Source: Minisyncoccota bacterium (GTDB lineage Bacteria; Patescibacteriota; Minisyncoccia; Phycocordibacterales; JABAAK01). From it: a DNA stretch of 64,000 nt. The notes beneath the pieces were generated by a model, which did not search any database, was not told where the DNA came from, and saw nothing but the letters and a program-made list of their open reading frames with translations. The position numbers and the translations under genes are program-made. The stretch spans positions 125,810 to 189,809 of the forward strand of contig OY282360.1 in assembly GCA_958295675.1 (NCBI GenBank), read 5' to 3'. Shown here piece after piece: positions 30,924 to 43,789 of the stretch; positions within the stretch are counted from its first letter, which is position 1; each line of letters starts with the position of its first letter.

Positions 30924-31295
30924 CTACCTTTTTATACGATTAAACATCCAACCGATAAGGTAGAGGAGGTGTGGTACCGTGACAACCAGAACAACAGAGA
31001 CCTCGCCGGGAACAATACGGGCGAGCAAAATACCGATATTAACGAGGGAGATGATGATAAAAACAATGGCGGCAAGCAATGAATACCATGGTGTATATCG
31101 TTTGATAAAGCCAAGGAGCAGCAGGGGTACGGACACAGCATTTATGACCGCCCAGGCGATATACAATACGGTAACCCACTGCGGTTCATTGCCGACACCC
31201 TGCAGCGCGAGCAGGATGATTATGGCAAGAAAAATCGCAACGACAGAAACGATAATACCAAGCACCCTGATAGTGTCAGTAAGTATTCTATACAT
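30924..31295 (-). CDS. 4-TM membrane protein
   Basis: Hydrophobic; TATAAT just upstream of ATG. Confidence 0.7.
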   Translation of the reverse strand: MYRILTDTIRVLGIIVSVVAIFLAIIILLALQGVGNEPQWVTVLYIAWAVINAVSVPLLLLGFIKRYTPWYSLLAAIVFIIISLVNIGILLARIVPGEVSVVLVVTVPHLLYLIGWMFNRIKR

Positions 31296-31394
31296 ACACA
31301 CTATTATACAATATTTTCTAAACTTGTGCCATGGAAACATTTTTCTTGTGAGTTTGTGGGCAGTACGGTATAGTGTTGTATATAAGCAGGAGGT

Positions 31395-32300
31395 ATGACA
31401 GAACAGCAAAAAAACATAAAAATAGTGTTTCTCTATGTCGGTATCGCGCTTTCACTTTTCGTTGCGGTTATCTCCGGGTTCTTTACCGCATTCAATGTTA
31501 TTGACTACTTTCTAAGTTCGGAACTTACCTGGTGGCAGTTTGAATACCAAGTATTGGGAACAGGTCCGGTCAGCGCAGCTTTTTTGATCGTTTCATTTTC
31601 GGTGTTGTTTTTCCTTTCACGAATGGTACGCAGAATTGTACTGCCCGACCATCAGAATGTGTGGCATAAGGTTTGTCATATAATCATAATGATTATACTC
31701 ACTCTCGCGTTTTTGGCGATTTTCATATCCGCGGCACTGATTCTAAAAGGATTTTTGAGCGGTGATATTTCATGGGCATTCACGCTGAAGTCAGTTTTCA
31801 CAGCCGGTGTCGGTGCGATGGTATTTTATTACTACCGCGGCATGCTGCGCGGCGTGTGGCGGAATCGAGGTAAGGAGGAGCGAGTATTCGTTTCTTCGGT
31901 GTCGTTGCTCATTGTTCTGCTTGTCGGCAGCACTGTTTGGATTGTGGATCCTATAGATCGTTCGGCAAAACAAAAAACATACAACACACTTGCAGTGATG
32001 AGTAATATGCGTTTCAAAATCAACCTTGATTTTGAGGAAAAGAAACAGTTGCCGAAAAAATTGAGTGAAGATCTTACGGAAAGTGCGATGAATGTACTGT
32101 ACCCGCCGTCGCAGAATATCGGCGACATCAGTTATAAAAAGACCGGATATGCAACATATCAATTGTGCGGTGTGTTTTCCATCGTTCCGCCTGAGTCGGA
32201 AACCGATATTTCCGGTTACCCGTATGACGATTTTCCTGTGACTGAAGTGGGAGAAAATTGTTTTGATTTTGACGCGAAAGAGAAAATAAGCAGGTTTTAA
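31395..32300 (+). CDS. Multi-TM protein, DUF5671-like
   Basis: FLY.G..LSL, 5 TM, C-terminal LP..L...Y....YQLC..F...G.NCF. Confidence 0.7.
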   Translation: MTEQQKNIKIVFLYVGIALSLFVAVISGFFTAFNVIDYFLSSELTWWQFEYQVLGTGPVSAAFLIVSFSVLFFLSRMVRRIVLPDHQNVWHKVCHIIIMIILTLAFLAIFISAALILKGFLSGDISWAFTLKSVFTAGVGAMVFYYYRGMLRGVWRNRGKEERVFVSSVSLLIVLLVGSTVWIVDPIDRSAKQKTYNTLAVMSNMRFKINLDFEEKKQLPKKLSEDLTESAMNVLYPPSQNIGDISYKKTGYATYQLCGVFSIVPPESETDISGYPYDDFPVTEVGENCFDFDAKEKISRF

Positions 32301-32408
32301 TATATAGAACAGCGCCTGACGACTCTGTGAGATGCTTTATGTATCGTGTGTTTCATACACTAAGGTTATACTTTGTTTTTGGTGGTATTAGTACTATAGT
32401 GAGCATAT

Positions 32409-33986
32409 ATGTTGTTATCTGTCCAATCTCTTGAGAAACGCTACGGATCAGAAGTAGTTTTTAGCGATATTTCATTTACCCTTGATGAAGGGCATAAGGT
32501 GGCGTTGGTCGGAAAAAACGGCGCGGGAAAGAGTACCATCATGAAAATAATTTCCGGCGGAGAAGAGCCGGAAGCCGGCTCGGTAACAGTGACCGGAGGA
32601 AGAAAAATCGCATACCTGCAACAGGAGGTAAAGCAGAGTGACGAACGAACCGGCATTGAATACATTCAGGACGGCATTGATCTGCAGCCGCATCAATTTT
32701 TTCCGATACTTGAGGGGCTCGGTGTACCGCAAAAGGTTGCCGAACAGAAATTAGTTGATATGAGCGGCGGACAGCAGACAAAAATACTATTGACCCGCTT
32801 TTTGTTGGAACCATCCGATATTCTGCTGTTGGATGAACCGACAAACAATCTTGATATACCGTCATTGCTGTGGCTTGAAAGATTCCTTGCATCGTCAAAG
32901 AAGACAATGATTATTATTTCACATGATTTAGTATTTCTGAACACAGTGGCAAACCGGGTGTTTGAACTGAAAGATGGTTCTCTAACTGTGGAGCGCGGCA
33001 CCTACGGTGATTACATTGAACGGAAAAAGAAAGAATTCGCGCGGCAAATGAAGGAGTATGCGCTGTATCTGCAGAAAGTGCGTCAGTTGGAACAGGCAAA
33101 AAGAAATTTACAAAGCAAGGGTGAAAAAATTGACACAATTGAAGCATCTGACAGTGATAAAATGGCGGCAGACGCGGTTCGGGATCGTGCGTCAGCCGGT
33201 CAAAGCGGTGTGAAGGCGATAGAGCGGCGAATACAGCGGCTGGAGAAGGTGGAGAAACCGTTTGAGGAAGATCCGTTTATGCTTAATATCCGCGCACGCA
33301 ATACGGACGGTGATATTGAAATCACAGCCAAGGATGTGGTCGCCGGATACGAAGACGGTGTACACATCGGTCCGGTGTCATTCACAGTAAAAATCGGTAA
33401 TCGTGTATGTATGATGGGCATGAATGGTGCGGGAAAAAGCACGCTTCTGAAGACAATAACAGGAGTGCTGAAACCGCTGGACGGCGCGGTGACCGTCACA
33501 GACGGTGTATTGTTCGGTGACTTGATGCAGCAGCATGAACGGGCAGACCGTGACGAGAAATCCATTGACTTTTTTATACACCAAACCGGCAGTGACCATG
33601 AGCGCGGGATGCACATGCTGAAACAATCAGGTTTTACCGATCAGATGATACAGCAGCGTATTGAGGGACTCTCTTCCGGTATGCGCGCGCGATTACTCTT
33701 TGCTGTGTTCATGGCGTTGGGTGTGAATGTACTGATTCTTGATGAACCGACAAATCATTTGGACATAGAAGCGGTTGCCGCACTGAAGGAAATGTTGAAG
33801 GTGTATACAGGAACGGTATTGTTGGTATCGCACAATCGATGGTTTTTGGAAGAGATGAAGATAGATGTATTCTATGATATTGCCGACGGCTCAGTACAGC
33901 GTATTAAAGATTTTGACGGCTATATCGCTGAGGCAAACACACGCGCGGAACGCATGGTAAAACGACTGAAACGGGTAATCGGATAA
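32409..33986 (+). CDS. ABC-F family ATPase
   Basis: Two ABC domains with LDEPTNNLD/LDEPTNHLD, no TM. Confidence 0.93.
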   Translation: MLLSVQSLEKRYGSEVVFSDISFTLDEGHKVALVGKNGAGKSTIMKIISGGEEPEAGSVTVTGGRKIAYLQQEVKQSDERTGIEYIQDGIDLQPHQFFPILEGLGVPQKVAEQKLVDMSGGQQTKILLTRFLLEPSDILLLDEPTNNLDIPSLLWLERFLASSKKTMIIISHDLVFLNTVANRVFELKDGSLTVERGTYGDYIERKKKEFARQMKEYALYLQKVRQLEQAKRNLQSKGEKIDTIEASDSDKMAADAVRDRASAGQSGVKAIERRIQRLEKVEKPFEEDPFMLNIRARNTDGDIEITAKDVVAGYEDGVHIGPVSFTVKIGNRVCMMGMNGAGKSTLLKTITGVLKPLDGAVTVTDGVLFGDLMQQHERADRDEKSIDFFIHQTGSDHERGMHMLKQSGFTDQMIQQRIEGLSSGMRARLLFAVFMALGVNVLILDEPTNHLDIEAVAALKEMLKVYTGTVLLVSHNRWFLEEMKIDVFYDIADGSVQRIKDFDGYIAEANTRAERMVKRLKRVIG

Positions 33987-34046
33987 CCGAAATTATGTAT
34001 AGGTGTTTCACACAATTTCTGCTGTATTCGTGGCACAATATGAACC

Positions 34047-34829
34047 ATGGATATTGCGCAAACTCTTCTTCTCGCACTTGTGCAGGGCATAACAGAATTT
34101 TTGCCCGTTTCCTCATCAGCACACCTTGTACTTGTCTCCGATGTGTGGGGATACGCCGCGCAGTCAGTAGCATTTGATATCGTGCTGCACGGAGCGACAT
34201 TGCTTGCGGCACTGTTATATTTCAGAAAAGATATTCAGACCATAGCGACCGGCGTTATTAAAAGAGATCAGACACAGCAATCATATGCGCTCGCGCTGCT
34301 GTTCGGCACAGTGCCGGTTGTTATAATCGGCATACTTATATACCGCGGTATTGAAGTGTTCCGTGCCGTGCCGGTAATCGGTATAGTCCTCATTCTCTCC
34401 GGCATATTTCTTTTTATTGTCGATCAGTGTGGTAAGCGGGGATGGATTCGGTCGGATACATCATTGTCCCGGAAAGGTTTGTTCATAGGTCTTTTTCAAA
34501 CACTTTCGCTATTGCCGGGTGTATCGCGGTCCGGTATAACAATGGCTGCGGGGCGACTCGTCGGTTTTTCCAGAAAGGAATCAACACGATTTTCTTTTCT
34601 TCTCTCCATTCCTGCTATAACCGGCGCGTTACTATTAGTATCAGCACAGGCAGATATCACATCGTTATCTCTTATCTCAACACTGCCTCTCATTGCCGCC
34701 GCCGTGACAGCATTTTGTGTTGCGTACACGGTCATCCATGGTTTCCTGAAGTTAATTGAACGAATCGGATTCACGCCGTTCTGTGTCTATCAGATTGTTC
34801 TGGGTATCGTGCTTCTGTCAGTGCTTTGA
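34047..34829 (+). CDS. uppP: Undecaprenyl-diphosphate phosphatase
   Basis: QGITEFLPVSSSAHL, PGVSRSG.T, FSFLLSIP. Confidence 0.96.
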   Translation: MDIAQTLLLALVQGITEFLPVSSSAHLVLVSDVWGYAAQSVAFDIVLHGATLLAALLYFRKDIQTIATGVIKRDQTQQSYALALLFGTVPVVIIGILIYRGIEVFRAVPVIGIVLILSGIFLFIVDQCGKRGWIRSDTSLSRKGLFIGLFQTLSLLPGVSRSGITMAAGRLVGFSRKESTRFSFLLSIPAITGALLLVSAQADITSLSLISTLPLIAAAVTAFCVAYTVIHGFLKLIERIGFTPFCVYQIVLGIVLLSVL

Positions 34830-34835
34830 TAGTCG

Positions 34836-34973
34836 CTATCCCCGTACCTCGCTGAGCGTGAGCCACCAATGTGTGGGCGGGGTCTCATCAAGTCCGAATG
34901 GCGGCTCGGTTACCACTACGGAATACAGCCAAAGTGCGGCAATGAATCCTATGAGAATATATGCAATTTTCAT
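34836..34973 (-). CDS. Small single-TM protein
   Basis: MKIAYILIGFIAALWLY...; fills uppP-tRNA gap. Confidence 0.45.
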   Translation of the reverse strand: MKIAYILIGFIAALWLYSVVVTEPPFGLDETPPTHWWLTLSEVRG

Positions 34974-34996
34974 ATATACTGTATACCACACCAACT

Positions 34997-35069
34997 GCCA
35001 CCTTAGCTCAGCCGGTAGAGCACTCCCATGGTAAGGGAGAGGTCGTCGGTTCAAGTCCGACAGGTGGCT
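34997..35069 (+). tRNA. tRNA-Thr(GGT)
   Basis: GCCACCT/AGGTGGC acceptor, CTCCC-ATGGTAA-GGGAG anticodon arm, TTCAAG T-loop; CCA not encoded. Confidence 0.95.
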
Positions 35070-35088
35070 CAGTGTATACTGGCAGAAT

Positions 35089-36588
35089 ATGGCATCGGAT
35101 CACTACCTCACCAAGACCGACTATATCCACTACCTCCAGTGTCCGAAGTCGCTATGGCTGCTGAAACATAAGCCCAATGTATATCCGCGCGGTGAGTTCA
35201 GTGACTTTTTAAAAAAAATTACCCGGGAAGGGTATGAGGTTGAGAAATACGCGCAGAAATTATTTCCCGGGGGTGTGTCATTGCCACAGAATACAGCCGC
35301 GATTGAAAAAACACGCGATGCGATACATGAAAAAAAATCACCATTGTTTCAGGCGACTTTCCATACAGATGACGGTATGTTTGTCCGGTGTGATGTGTTG
35401 AACCTGCGCAAAGACGGGACATACGATATGTATGAAGTAAAATCATCAACAGATATCAAACGGAGCAAGAAGCATGATCACATCAAAGATGCATGCTTCC
35501 AGATGATCGCGGTTGAGAAAGCAGGATTGACGGTGTGTGATGTGTTCGTTATCCATGTCAATGCTGACTATGTGCGCGGCGAGGAGATAGAGCCGGAAAA
35601 ACTACTGAAGAAGGTTATAGTAACCGACAAGGTGCGGAACATAGAGGAAGAAACAAAATCGGAAGTAGAGCGCGCACTGAAACTGCTCAATGAAAATACG
35701 ATTGATGAGACAGGGTGCGGCTGTTACCGGAAAACAAGAACAAACCACTGCGATGCGTTTGCATATTTCAACGGCACGCCGGAGAAAAAGTCCGTTTGGG
35801 AATTACATCGGGTAAGCGAAAAAAAACTACTGATCCTGCTTGAACGGGGAGTGGAGACACTGTCGGAAGTACCGGACGACATTAATCTCAACACGCTGCA
35901 GTGCCTGCAGGTGCGTTCCGCGGTAGAGAAGCGGCCGATAGTGCTGGATACACGGATAGCGGAAATGCTTGATGAGCTCAAGTTTCCGCTGTATTTCTTT
36001 GACTATGAAACGGTAATGCATGCGGTACCGAGAATGATTGGCATGCGTCCGTGGCAGCAGGTTCCGTTTCAGTACTCCCTGCACATTATGCACGAGGACG
36101 GCACACTGGAACATAAAGAATATGTGAGTGACACACTGCACGATGTGAAAAAAGTGTTTGAATCGCTATGCGACAGTATCGGTCCGGTTGGATCTGTCGT
36201 GTCATGGCATGCGTCATTTGAGCGATCACGGAACAGGGAAATGGGAAACATGTTCCCCGAGCATTGTGACGCTCTGACAAACATCAACGACCGCATGTTT
36301 GATCTTGAGGATGTTTTTAAGGAGGCATATGTTGATGCTGAATTTTGCGGGTCAACATCCATAAAAAAAGTGTTGCCGATCCTATGTCCGCAACTTTCAT
36401 ACACCAATCTGAATATTCAGGACGGTACACAGGCGATGGAGAGGTGGATGAGTATGGTGGACGATACGATTGATAAGTCGACTAAAGATGCCATACGCGA
36501 AGATTTGCTGGCGTACTGTGCATTGGATACATACGCGATGGTGGAATTGTATCGCGCACTGGTTATCCGTACAGAAAGCAGGGTATGA
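35089..36588 (+). CDS. DUF2779-containing protein (PD-(D/E)XK nuclease-like N-terminus plus RNase H-like domain)
   Basis: QCPK.LWL, D.L..YEVKSS, FFDYET, PFQYSLH, S.K.VLP, YC.LDT. Confidence 0.85.
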   Translation: MASDHYLTKTDYIHYLQCPKSLWLLKHKPNVYPRGEFSDFLKKITREGYEVEKYAQKLFPGGVSLPQNTAAIEKTRDAIHEKKSPLFQATFHTDDGMFVRCDVLNLRKDGTYDMYEVKSSTDIKRSKKHDHIKDACFQMIAVEKAGLTVCDVFVIHVNADYVRGEEIEPEKLLKKVIVTDKVRNIEEETKSEVERALKLLNENTIDETGCGCYRKTRTNHCDAFAYFNGTPEKKSVWELHRVSEKKLLILLERGVETLSEVPDDINLNTLQCLQVRSAVEKRPIVLDTRIAEMLDELKFPLYFFDYETVMHAVPRMIGMRPWQQVPFQYSLHIMHEDGTLEHKEYVSDTLHDVKKVFESLCDSIGPVGSVVSWHASFERSRNREMGNMFPEHCDALTNINDRMFDLEDVFKEAYVDAEFCGSTSIKKVLPILCPQLSYTNLNIQDGTQAMERWMSMVDDTIDKSTKDAIREDLLAYCALDTYAMVELYRALVIRTESRV

Positions 36589-36597
36589 TAGGAATAT

Positions 36598-37335
36598 ATG
36601 CGCCGTTTCACATATGCTGCACAGGAACAAGAGAGTGCCGAAGGATTCACGCTCATTGAGGTTTTGGTCGCGATTTTAATACTGACTACAGTTGTGTTTG
36701 TGCCGGTGTCTATCATTGCGCAGCATCTTTCGTATAATGTGCTGACTGAGAGGAATGTTCAGGCAAATTTGCTGGCACAAGAAATCATAGAATATGTCCG
36801 ATACTCCCGTGACTCAAACTTGTTGGATGCAACATCGGTCGGATCAGGAACATTACCGGCCGGCGCGTGGTTTGAAGAAATACACGATAAAACTTCGGCG
36901 AGGAATGAGTATCGTTTCTGCATCACCAGTGAATCAGAGTGGGCAGAAAGCGGTCGTGCAAGCAATCCAACGCAGCTTCCATTCTGCGATGTGCTGTGTC
37001 TGGAAAATGCAGTGTGGTCAAGACAAACGGCGATACAGTCGGCGATATGCGGTAATTCAGATGGGTCAACCCCGGACACATCGGATGTGGTGAACGGATT
37101 TGTATCCGGTGTCAGCGCAGTCGCCCGCGCGAGAGGCACCACGCCCGATACATGCGATAACAATTCGGCGAAACCAAATGAAGCATTTACGGCAACCCTA
37201 ACTGTTATTATTCCGCGGCGGACAGATATAGTGCAGTACGCGATGATCAATCCGTGCGTGTCGTGGAAAGACAGAAACGGCAAAGTGCAGAAAGTTGAAC
37301 TTACTGAAACCATGTTTGAATGGGTAGCACGATAA
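36598..37335 (+). CDS. Type IV pilin-like protein
   Basis: Prepilin motif GFTLIEVLVAILIL. Confidence 0.85.
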   Translation: MRRFTYAAQEQESAEGFTLIEVLVAILILTTVVFVPVSIIAQHLSYNVLTERNVQANLLAQEIIEYVRYSRDSNLLDATSVGSGTLPAGAWFEEIHDKTSARNEYRFCITSESEWAESGRASNPTQLPFCDVLCLENAVWSRQTAIQSAICGNSDGSTPDTSDVVNGFVSGVSAVARARGTTPDTCDNNSAKPNEAFTATLTVIIPRRTDIVQYAMINPCVSWKDRNGKVQKVELTETMFEWVAR

Positions 37336-37341
37336 TACGGT

Positions 37342-39998
<2,657 letters not shown>

Positions 39999-40145
39999 TA
40001 GAGAATATAGGGGGTATAATAGATAGTAAAATAAGGGTATTGTAAGAATTTTCATACATAATTATTGACAAATTGTCTATAATTATGGTATTATATATAT
40101 TAGAAAGGGGCTATTGTCCCTTAACATTTCAATGAGGAGACAGAA

Positions 40146-40580
40146 ATGGTAGTAAGAGTCGTCGCCACGCACCCGCGGTGGCAAGTTATGAAGATGCTCT
40201 TCGTGAGCATGGTCAATTGGTTCGCCGCTCGACAGCAGCAGCATCAGCAGTGCGAAAATGGTGCCGTAACGGCACCCGCTATCGCTGCGGCACCCGAACC
40301 GGTAACGCCGCCACCGCCACTACCGTACCGTGGGCATGGTAAGACCTGGAAACAGGTCTACCGCGTGTACACGGCACGGCACGGATATCCCGATCGCGCC
40401 ATGGCGTACTTCATCGCCAAGGCAAACAAGGAGTGTTTGCTTGCGATGCTCCGTGACGAGGAGTTGCCGATGGAACATGTGTCCGTGCTCATGACGGACA
40501 GTCGTCCCAAGGTTTGCGTCACAGCTCATATTGTAGCGAATGCCCGCCGGAGCCGGAAGCAATGTGACGGTGCGGTCTAA
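40146..40580 (+). CDS. Orphan protein in self-contained cassette
   Basis: TTGACA-18-TATTAT (40065-40094), GAGGAG SD, elevated GC, downstream hairpins. Confidence 0.65.
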   Translation: MVVRVVATHPRWQVMKMLFVSMVNWFAARQQQHQQCENGAVTAPAIAAAPEPVTPPPPLPYRGHGKTWKQVYRVYTARHGYPDRAMAYFIAKANKECLLAMLRDEELPMEHVSVLMTDSRPKVCVTAHIVANARRSRKQCDGAV

Positions 40581-40592
40581 AGACCGCACCTC

Positions 40593-40623
40593 AGCCCCAC
40601 CGAAACTAAGTTTCGGTGGGGCT
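40593..40623 (+). terminator. AGCCCCACCGAAAC-TAA-GTTTCGGTGGGGCT hairpin (family copy 3)
   Basis: 14-bp perfect stem then T-run; preceded by a second hairpin at 40569-40590. Confidence 0.75.
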
Positions 40624-40678
40624 CAACTTTTTCATACGAACCTTGCAGGTCGCACTATATACCGTTATCATACAAACT

Positions 40679-40957
40679 ATGGAACAAGACGATATTTCAC
40701 GGGCAATACATTTATCACTGTTTGAAAAAAGTGATGCGGAACAAAAAGCACTGCACACCGATGTTGAAAAAATACTTTCATTTGTCGCGGATATACAATC
40801 AATTGACACTTCAACAACAGCAGAAACAGCGGCGAAAACAAATATATTCCGTGATGATGTTGTGACTGTGCCTCCCGGTGCATTCCGCGAACAAATACTC
40901 GGTCAGGCACCGAATCGTTTTAAGGACTGGTTTCTTTCAAAAAAGATATTGTCATGA
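40679..40957 (+). CDS. gatC: Asp/Glu-tRNA amidotransferase subunit C
   Basis: IL.FV, FRDD, AP motif; overlaps gatA start. Confidence 0.85.
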   Translation: MEQDDISRAIHLSLFEKSDAEQKALHTDVEKILSFVADIQSIDTSTTAETAAKTNIFRDDVVTVPPGAFREQILGQAPNRFKDWFLSKKILS

Positions 40958-42351
40958 AGTATGAAGAAGCAACAGCGCAGGATATGCGGCAGGCACTGGA
41001 GGACGGCAGCACAACCGCGACTGACCTCCTGAAAGAAGCGCGCCGAGTGATCCGGGAAAAAGACGATAGTATACACGCATTTGTTGAAGTATTTGATTCA
41101 GCGGATGAAGACGCGCGATTAGCGGATACCATGATACAGGAAAAGCGGGCGACACCGCTGACCGGTATTCCGATTGCCGTAAAGGATAACATCTGCGTGA
41201 AAGGGCGTACCGTCACCGCGGCATCAAAAATGCTGGAAGGATTTGTGTCGCCGTATGATGCGACCGTCATAACGCGGTTACGGGAACAGGGCGCGGTCAT
41301 TGTCGGCAGGACGAATATGGACGAGTTTGCCATGGGTTCCAGCACGGAACACTCAGTATATGGCACAACCTTCAATCCGCATGACACAACCCGCGTCTCC
41401 GGCGGCTCATCCGGCGGCTCAGCGGCAGCGGTCGCCATGGGTGCGGTGCCGCTTGCGCTCGGGTCCGACACCGGCGGTTCCATCCGCCAGCCGGCGAGTT
41501 TCTGCGGCACGGTCGGACTCAAACCGACGTACGGTTCAGTATCCAGACACGGACTCATCGCGCTCGGATCGTCACTGGATGTCATCGGTCCGCTCGCCCG
41601 CACCGCTGACGATGCGGCACTCTTGTATCAGGCGATTAAAGGAGAGAATAAAAAGTACGACAGCACCGCCGATTTATTCGAAGATGCGGCGACTGTCAAA
41701 AACAGCAGGGTGATAGGCGTGCCTGACAATCTTGATGCTGTAGGCGTTTCACAGGAGACGATGGACGCGTTTAACGCGGCACTACAAGCATTACAAGAAA
41801 AAGGATACACGATAGCAAGTGTATCGCTCCCCATAATGGAGCATGCCGGAGCAATTTACTACATCATCCAGCCGGCGGAAGCATCGTCAAACCTCGCTCG
41901 GTTTGACGGCATGCGCTACGGGTTCCACAAGGACGGTGATGATTTGTGGAGTGAATATAGAGAGACACGCAGCGCGGGGTTCGGCGATGAAGTCATGAGA
42001 CGAATCGTTGCCGGCACCTATGTCCTCTCCGCCGGATACTACGATGCGTATTACAGAAAAGCGATGGATGCGCGACGGGCGATGCAGACGGCATTTTCAA
42101 ACGCACTGGAAGAGGTGAGTGTGCTGGCGATGCCCACAACACCGGATACCGCGTTTCCTGAAGGTGCCAGACAGGATCCGATCGCGATGTACGCCGAGGA
42201 CCGCCTGACACTGCAGGCAAACCTTACCGGACTGCCGGCACTGTCCGTACCGATGCACACCGACGGGTTGCCGAGGGGCATACAGTTCATCAGCGGATAC
42301 AACCGCGAAGAAACACTGTTCGCCTGCGCGCGTGATGTGCAGCAGAGGTAA
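40954..42351 (+). CDS. gatA: Asp/Glu-tRNA amidotransferase subunit A
   Basis: GGSSGGSAAAV, GSDTGGSIRQPA, SSNLARFDG. Confidence 0.97.
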   Translation: MKYEEATAQDMRQALEDGSTTATDLLKEARRVIREKDDSIHAFVEVFDSADEDARLADTMIQEKRATPLTGIPIAVKDNICVKGRTVTAASKMLEGFVSPYDATVITRLREQGAVIVGRTNMDEFAMGSSTEHSVYGTTFNPHDTTRVSGGSSGGSAAAVAMGAVPLALGSDTGGSIRQPASFCGTVGLKPTYGSVSRHGLIALGSSLDVIGPLARTADDAALLYQAIKGENKKYDSTADLFEDAATVKNSRVIGVPDNLDAVGVSQETMDAFNAALQALQEKGYTIASVSLPIMEHAGAIYYIIQPAEASSNLARFDGMRYGFHKDGDDLWSEYRETRSAGFGDEVMRRIVAGTYVLSAGYYDAYYRKAMDARRAMQTAFSNALEEVSVLAMPTTPDTAFPEGARQDPIAMYAEDRLTLQANLTGLPALSVPMHTDGLPRGIQFISGYNREETLFACARDVQQR

Positions 42352-42384
42352 TGCAGCCGCAAAGTGCCGTATACTGAACACAGT

Positions 42385-43530
42385 ATGGCTGATGATGTAA
42401 ACAAAGATTCCAGAAGTATTGCCGATGAGATAGCGGATAATGTCTATGAATCGGTGCAGACACCGGCTGAAATTTTCTTTTTTGCGCTTGCGGTCATCGG
42501 CATCCTTTCTCTCGCGGCGACGACATTGGTGGGTCCGTGCGGTAATGTTGACGATGACGCGATATATCCGGATCCGCGCACCGTTGATTACCTGCCCGGC
42601 GCGACCGTCGTAACAACCAGTTCAATTGTGCTTGAAAACACCACGATTACCGCGGGTGCGTGCGGTATCGTGGACAGCGTTGACGAAGAGTCAGGCACCG
42701 CGCATGTGCACATTCTCGCGAAGTCAGCACCGTTCTTCGTGACTTCTCCGGAAGGATACCGCCCGCTTTCCGCGTTTTCAAGCGTGCTTGAAACACCGGT
42801 TTCAACACTGCTGTTCTTACACGCAGGATCACCGAAAGGCGATGTGTCGCTGGGACAAATAGCGCCGATCGCAACCCAGCAATACACCAACTGGTTCAGA
42901 AACTTCTACCTCAACACGATCTACATCATCATGGCCGTCCTCGCCGTCTTTGTGGTGCTGTTCGGCTATATCGGCTTTCGTTTTGAGAAAAAGAGAAAGG
43001 TGTGGTACGAACGCCACACCCTCCGCGCCACCTACATCTCTCGCCTTATGCAGGACAAACAGCGGACCAGGGAACTGCAGGAAAACTGGCAGCGGGTCAT
43101 TGAGATGACGGAAAGCAAGGATCAGGATGCGGCGCTATGGAAAGAGATGCTGGATCTGCTTGACGAAACACTGCACGGCGTGCTGACACTGCTCCGCTTT
43201 GAGGGAGCAAACTGCACTGAAAAGCTGAGAAACATGACAAAAGAAGATCTGTGGACTATCGAACGACTGTGGGAAGCGCACAGCTTTATCATGCGCGTGC
43301 AGGGAGTCAGTATCGGATCAAAAAAGGAACAGCATGCGGACAGCAAAAAAACGGAGACAGAGAACACGGCGGACACAAACAAAGAACACAGCGCGACTCC
43401 CGCGGAAGAAGGAGAAAAACTTGATGAAAAGGACATACCGACGGTCACCGAACAAACCGTGGAGAAAGCGGTTGAGATTTACAAAGAATCATTTATTTGG
43501 CTCGGTCTGCTGCCGCACTGGACAAAATAA
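42385..43530 (+). CDS. Hypothetical two-TM membrane protein
   Basis: Long ORF with host-like codon usage; TATACT upstream. Confidence 0.7.
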   Translation: MADDVNKDSRSIADEIADNVYESVQTPAEIFFFALAVIGILSLAATTLVGPCGNVDDDAIYPDPRTVDYLPGATVVTTSSIVLENTTITAGACGIVDSVDEESGTAHVHILAKSAPFFVTSPEGYRPLSAFSSVLETPVSTLLFLHAGSPKGDVSLGQIAPIATQQYTNWFRNFYLNTIYIIMAVLAVFVVLFGYIGFRFEKKRKVWYERHTLRATYISRLMQDKQRTRELQENWQRVIEMTESKDQDAALWKEMLDLLDETLHGVLTLLRFEGANCTEKLRNMTKEDLWTIERLWEAHSFIMRVQGVSIGSKKEQHADSKKTETENTADTNKEHSATPAEEGEKLDEKDIPTVTEQTVEKAVEIYKESFIWLGLLPHWTK

Positions 43531-43698
43531 TCGCACATCAAATAAAAAAACATTCGTGACGAATTGCGGACACATATCATTTGCAAATACTACCCGATAA
43601 TCATATACTGTAATACAGTCGTAAAGCACATATGTTCTCCGCTATGAAAACTATCAACGCAACAACATGAACAGTAAAATATGTGCTCACGACCGCGC

Positions 43699-43775
43699 AG
43701 CGGGGTAGAGCAGTCAGGTGGCTCGCCAGGCTCATAACCTGGAGGTCGTTGGTTCAAATCCAACCCCCGCTACCA
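43699..43775 (+). tRNA. tRNA-Met(CAT), initiator-type
   Basis: AGCGGGG/CCCCGCT acceptor, A11-U24, CTCATAA loop, encoded CCA; promoter TTGCAA-17-TATACT at 43581-43609. Confidence 0.95.
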
Positions 43776-43789
43776 AGGTGGAAAGAATA

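Noticed and set aside
35089-36588. DUF2779 protein as a CRISPR Cas4
   Set aside because: No cas genes or array nearby; stand-alone copies are common in CPR.
43718-43789. N-terminal extension of the UvrD ORF
   Set aside because: Overlaps tRNA-Met; the real start is at 43790 or 43796.
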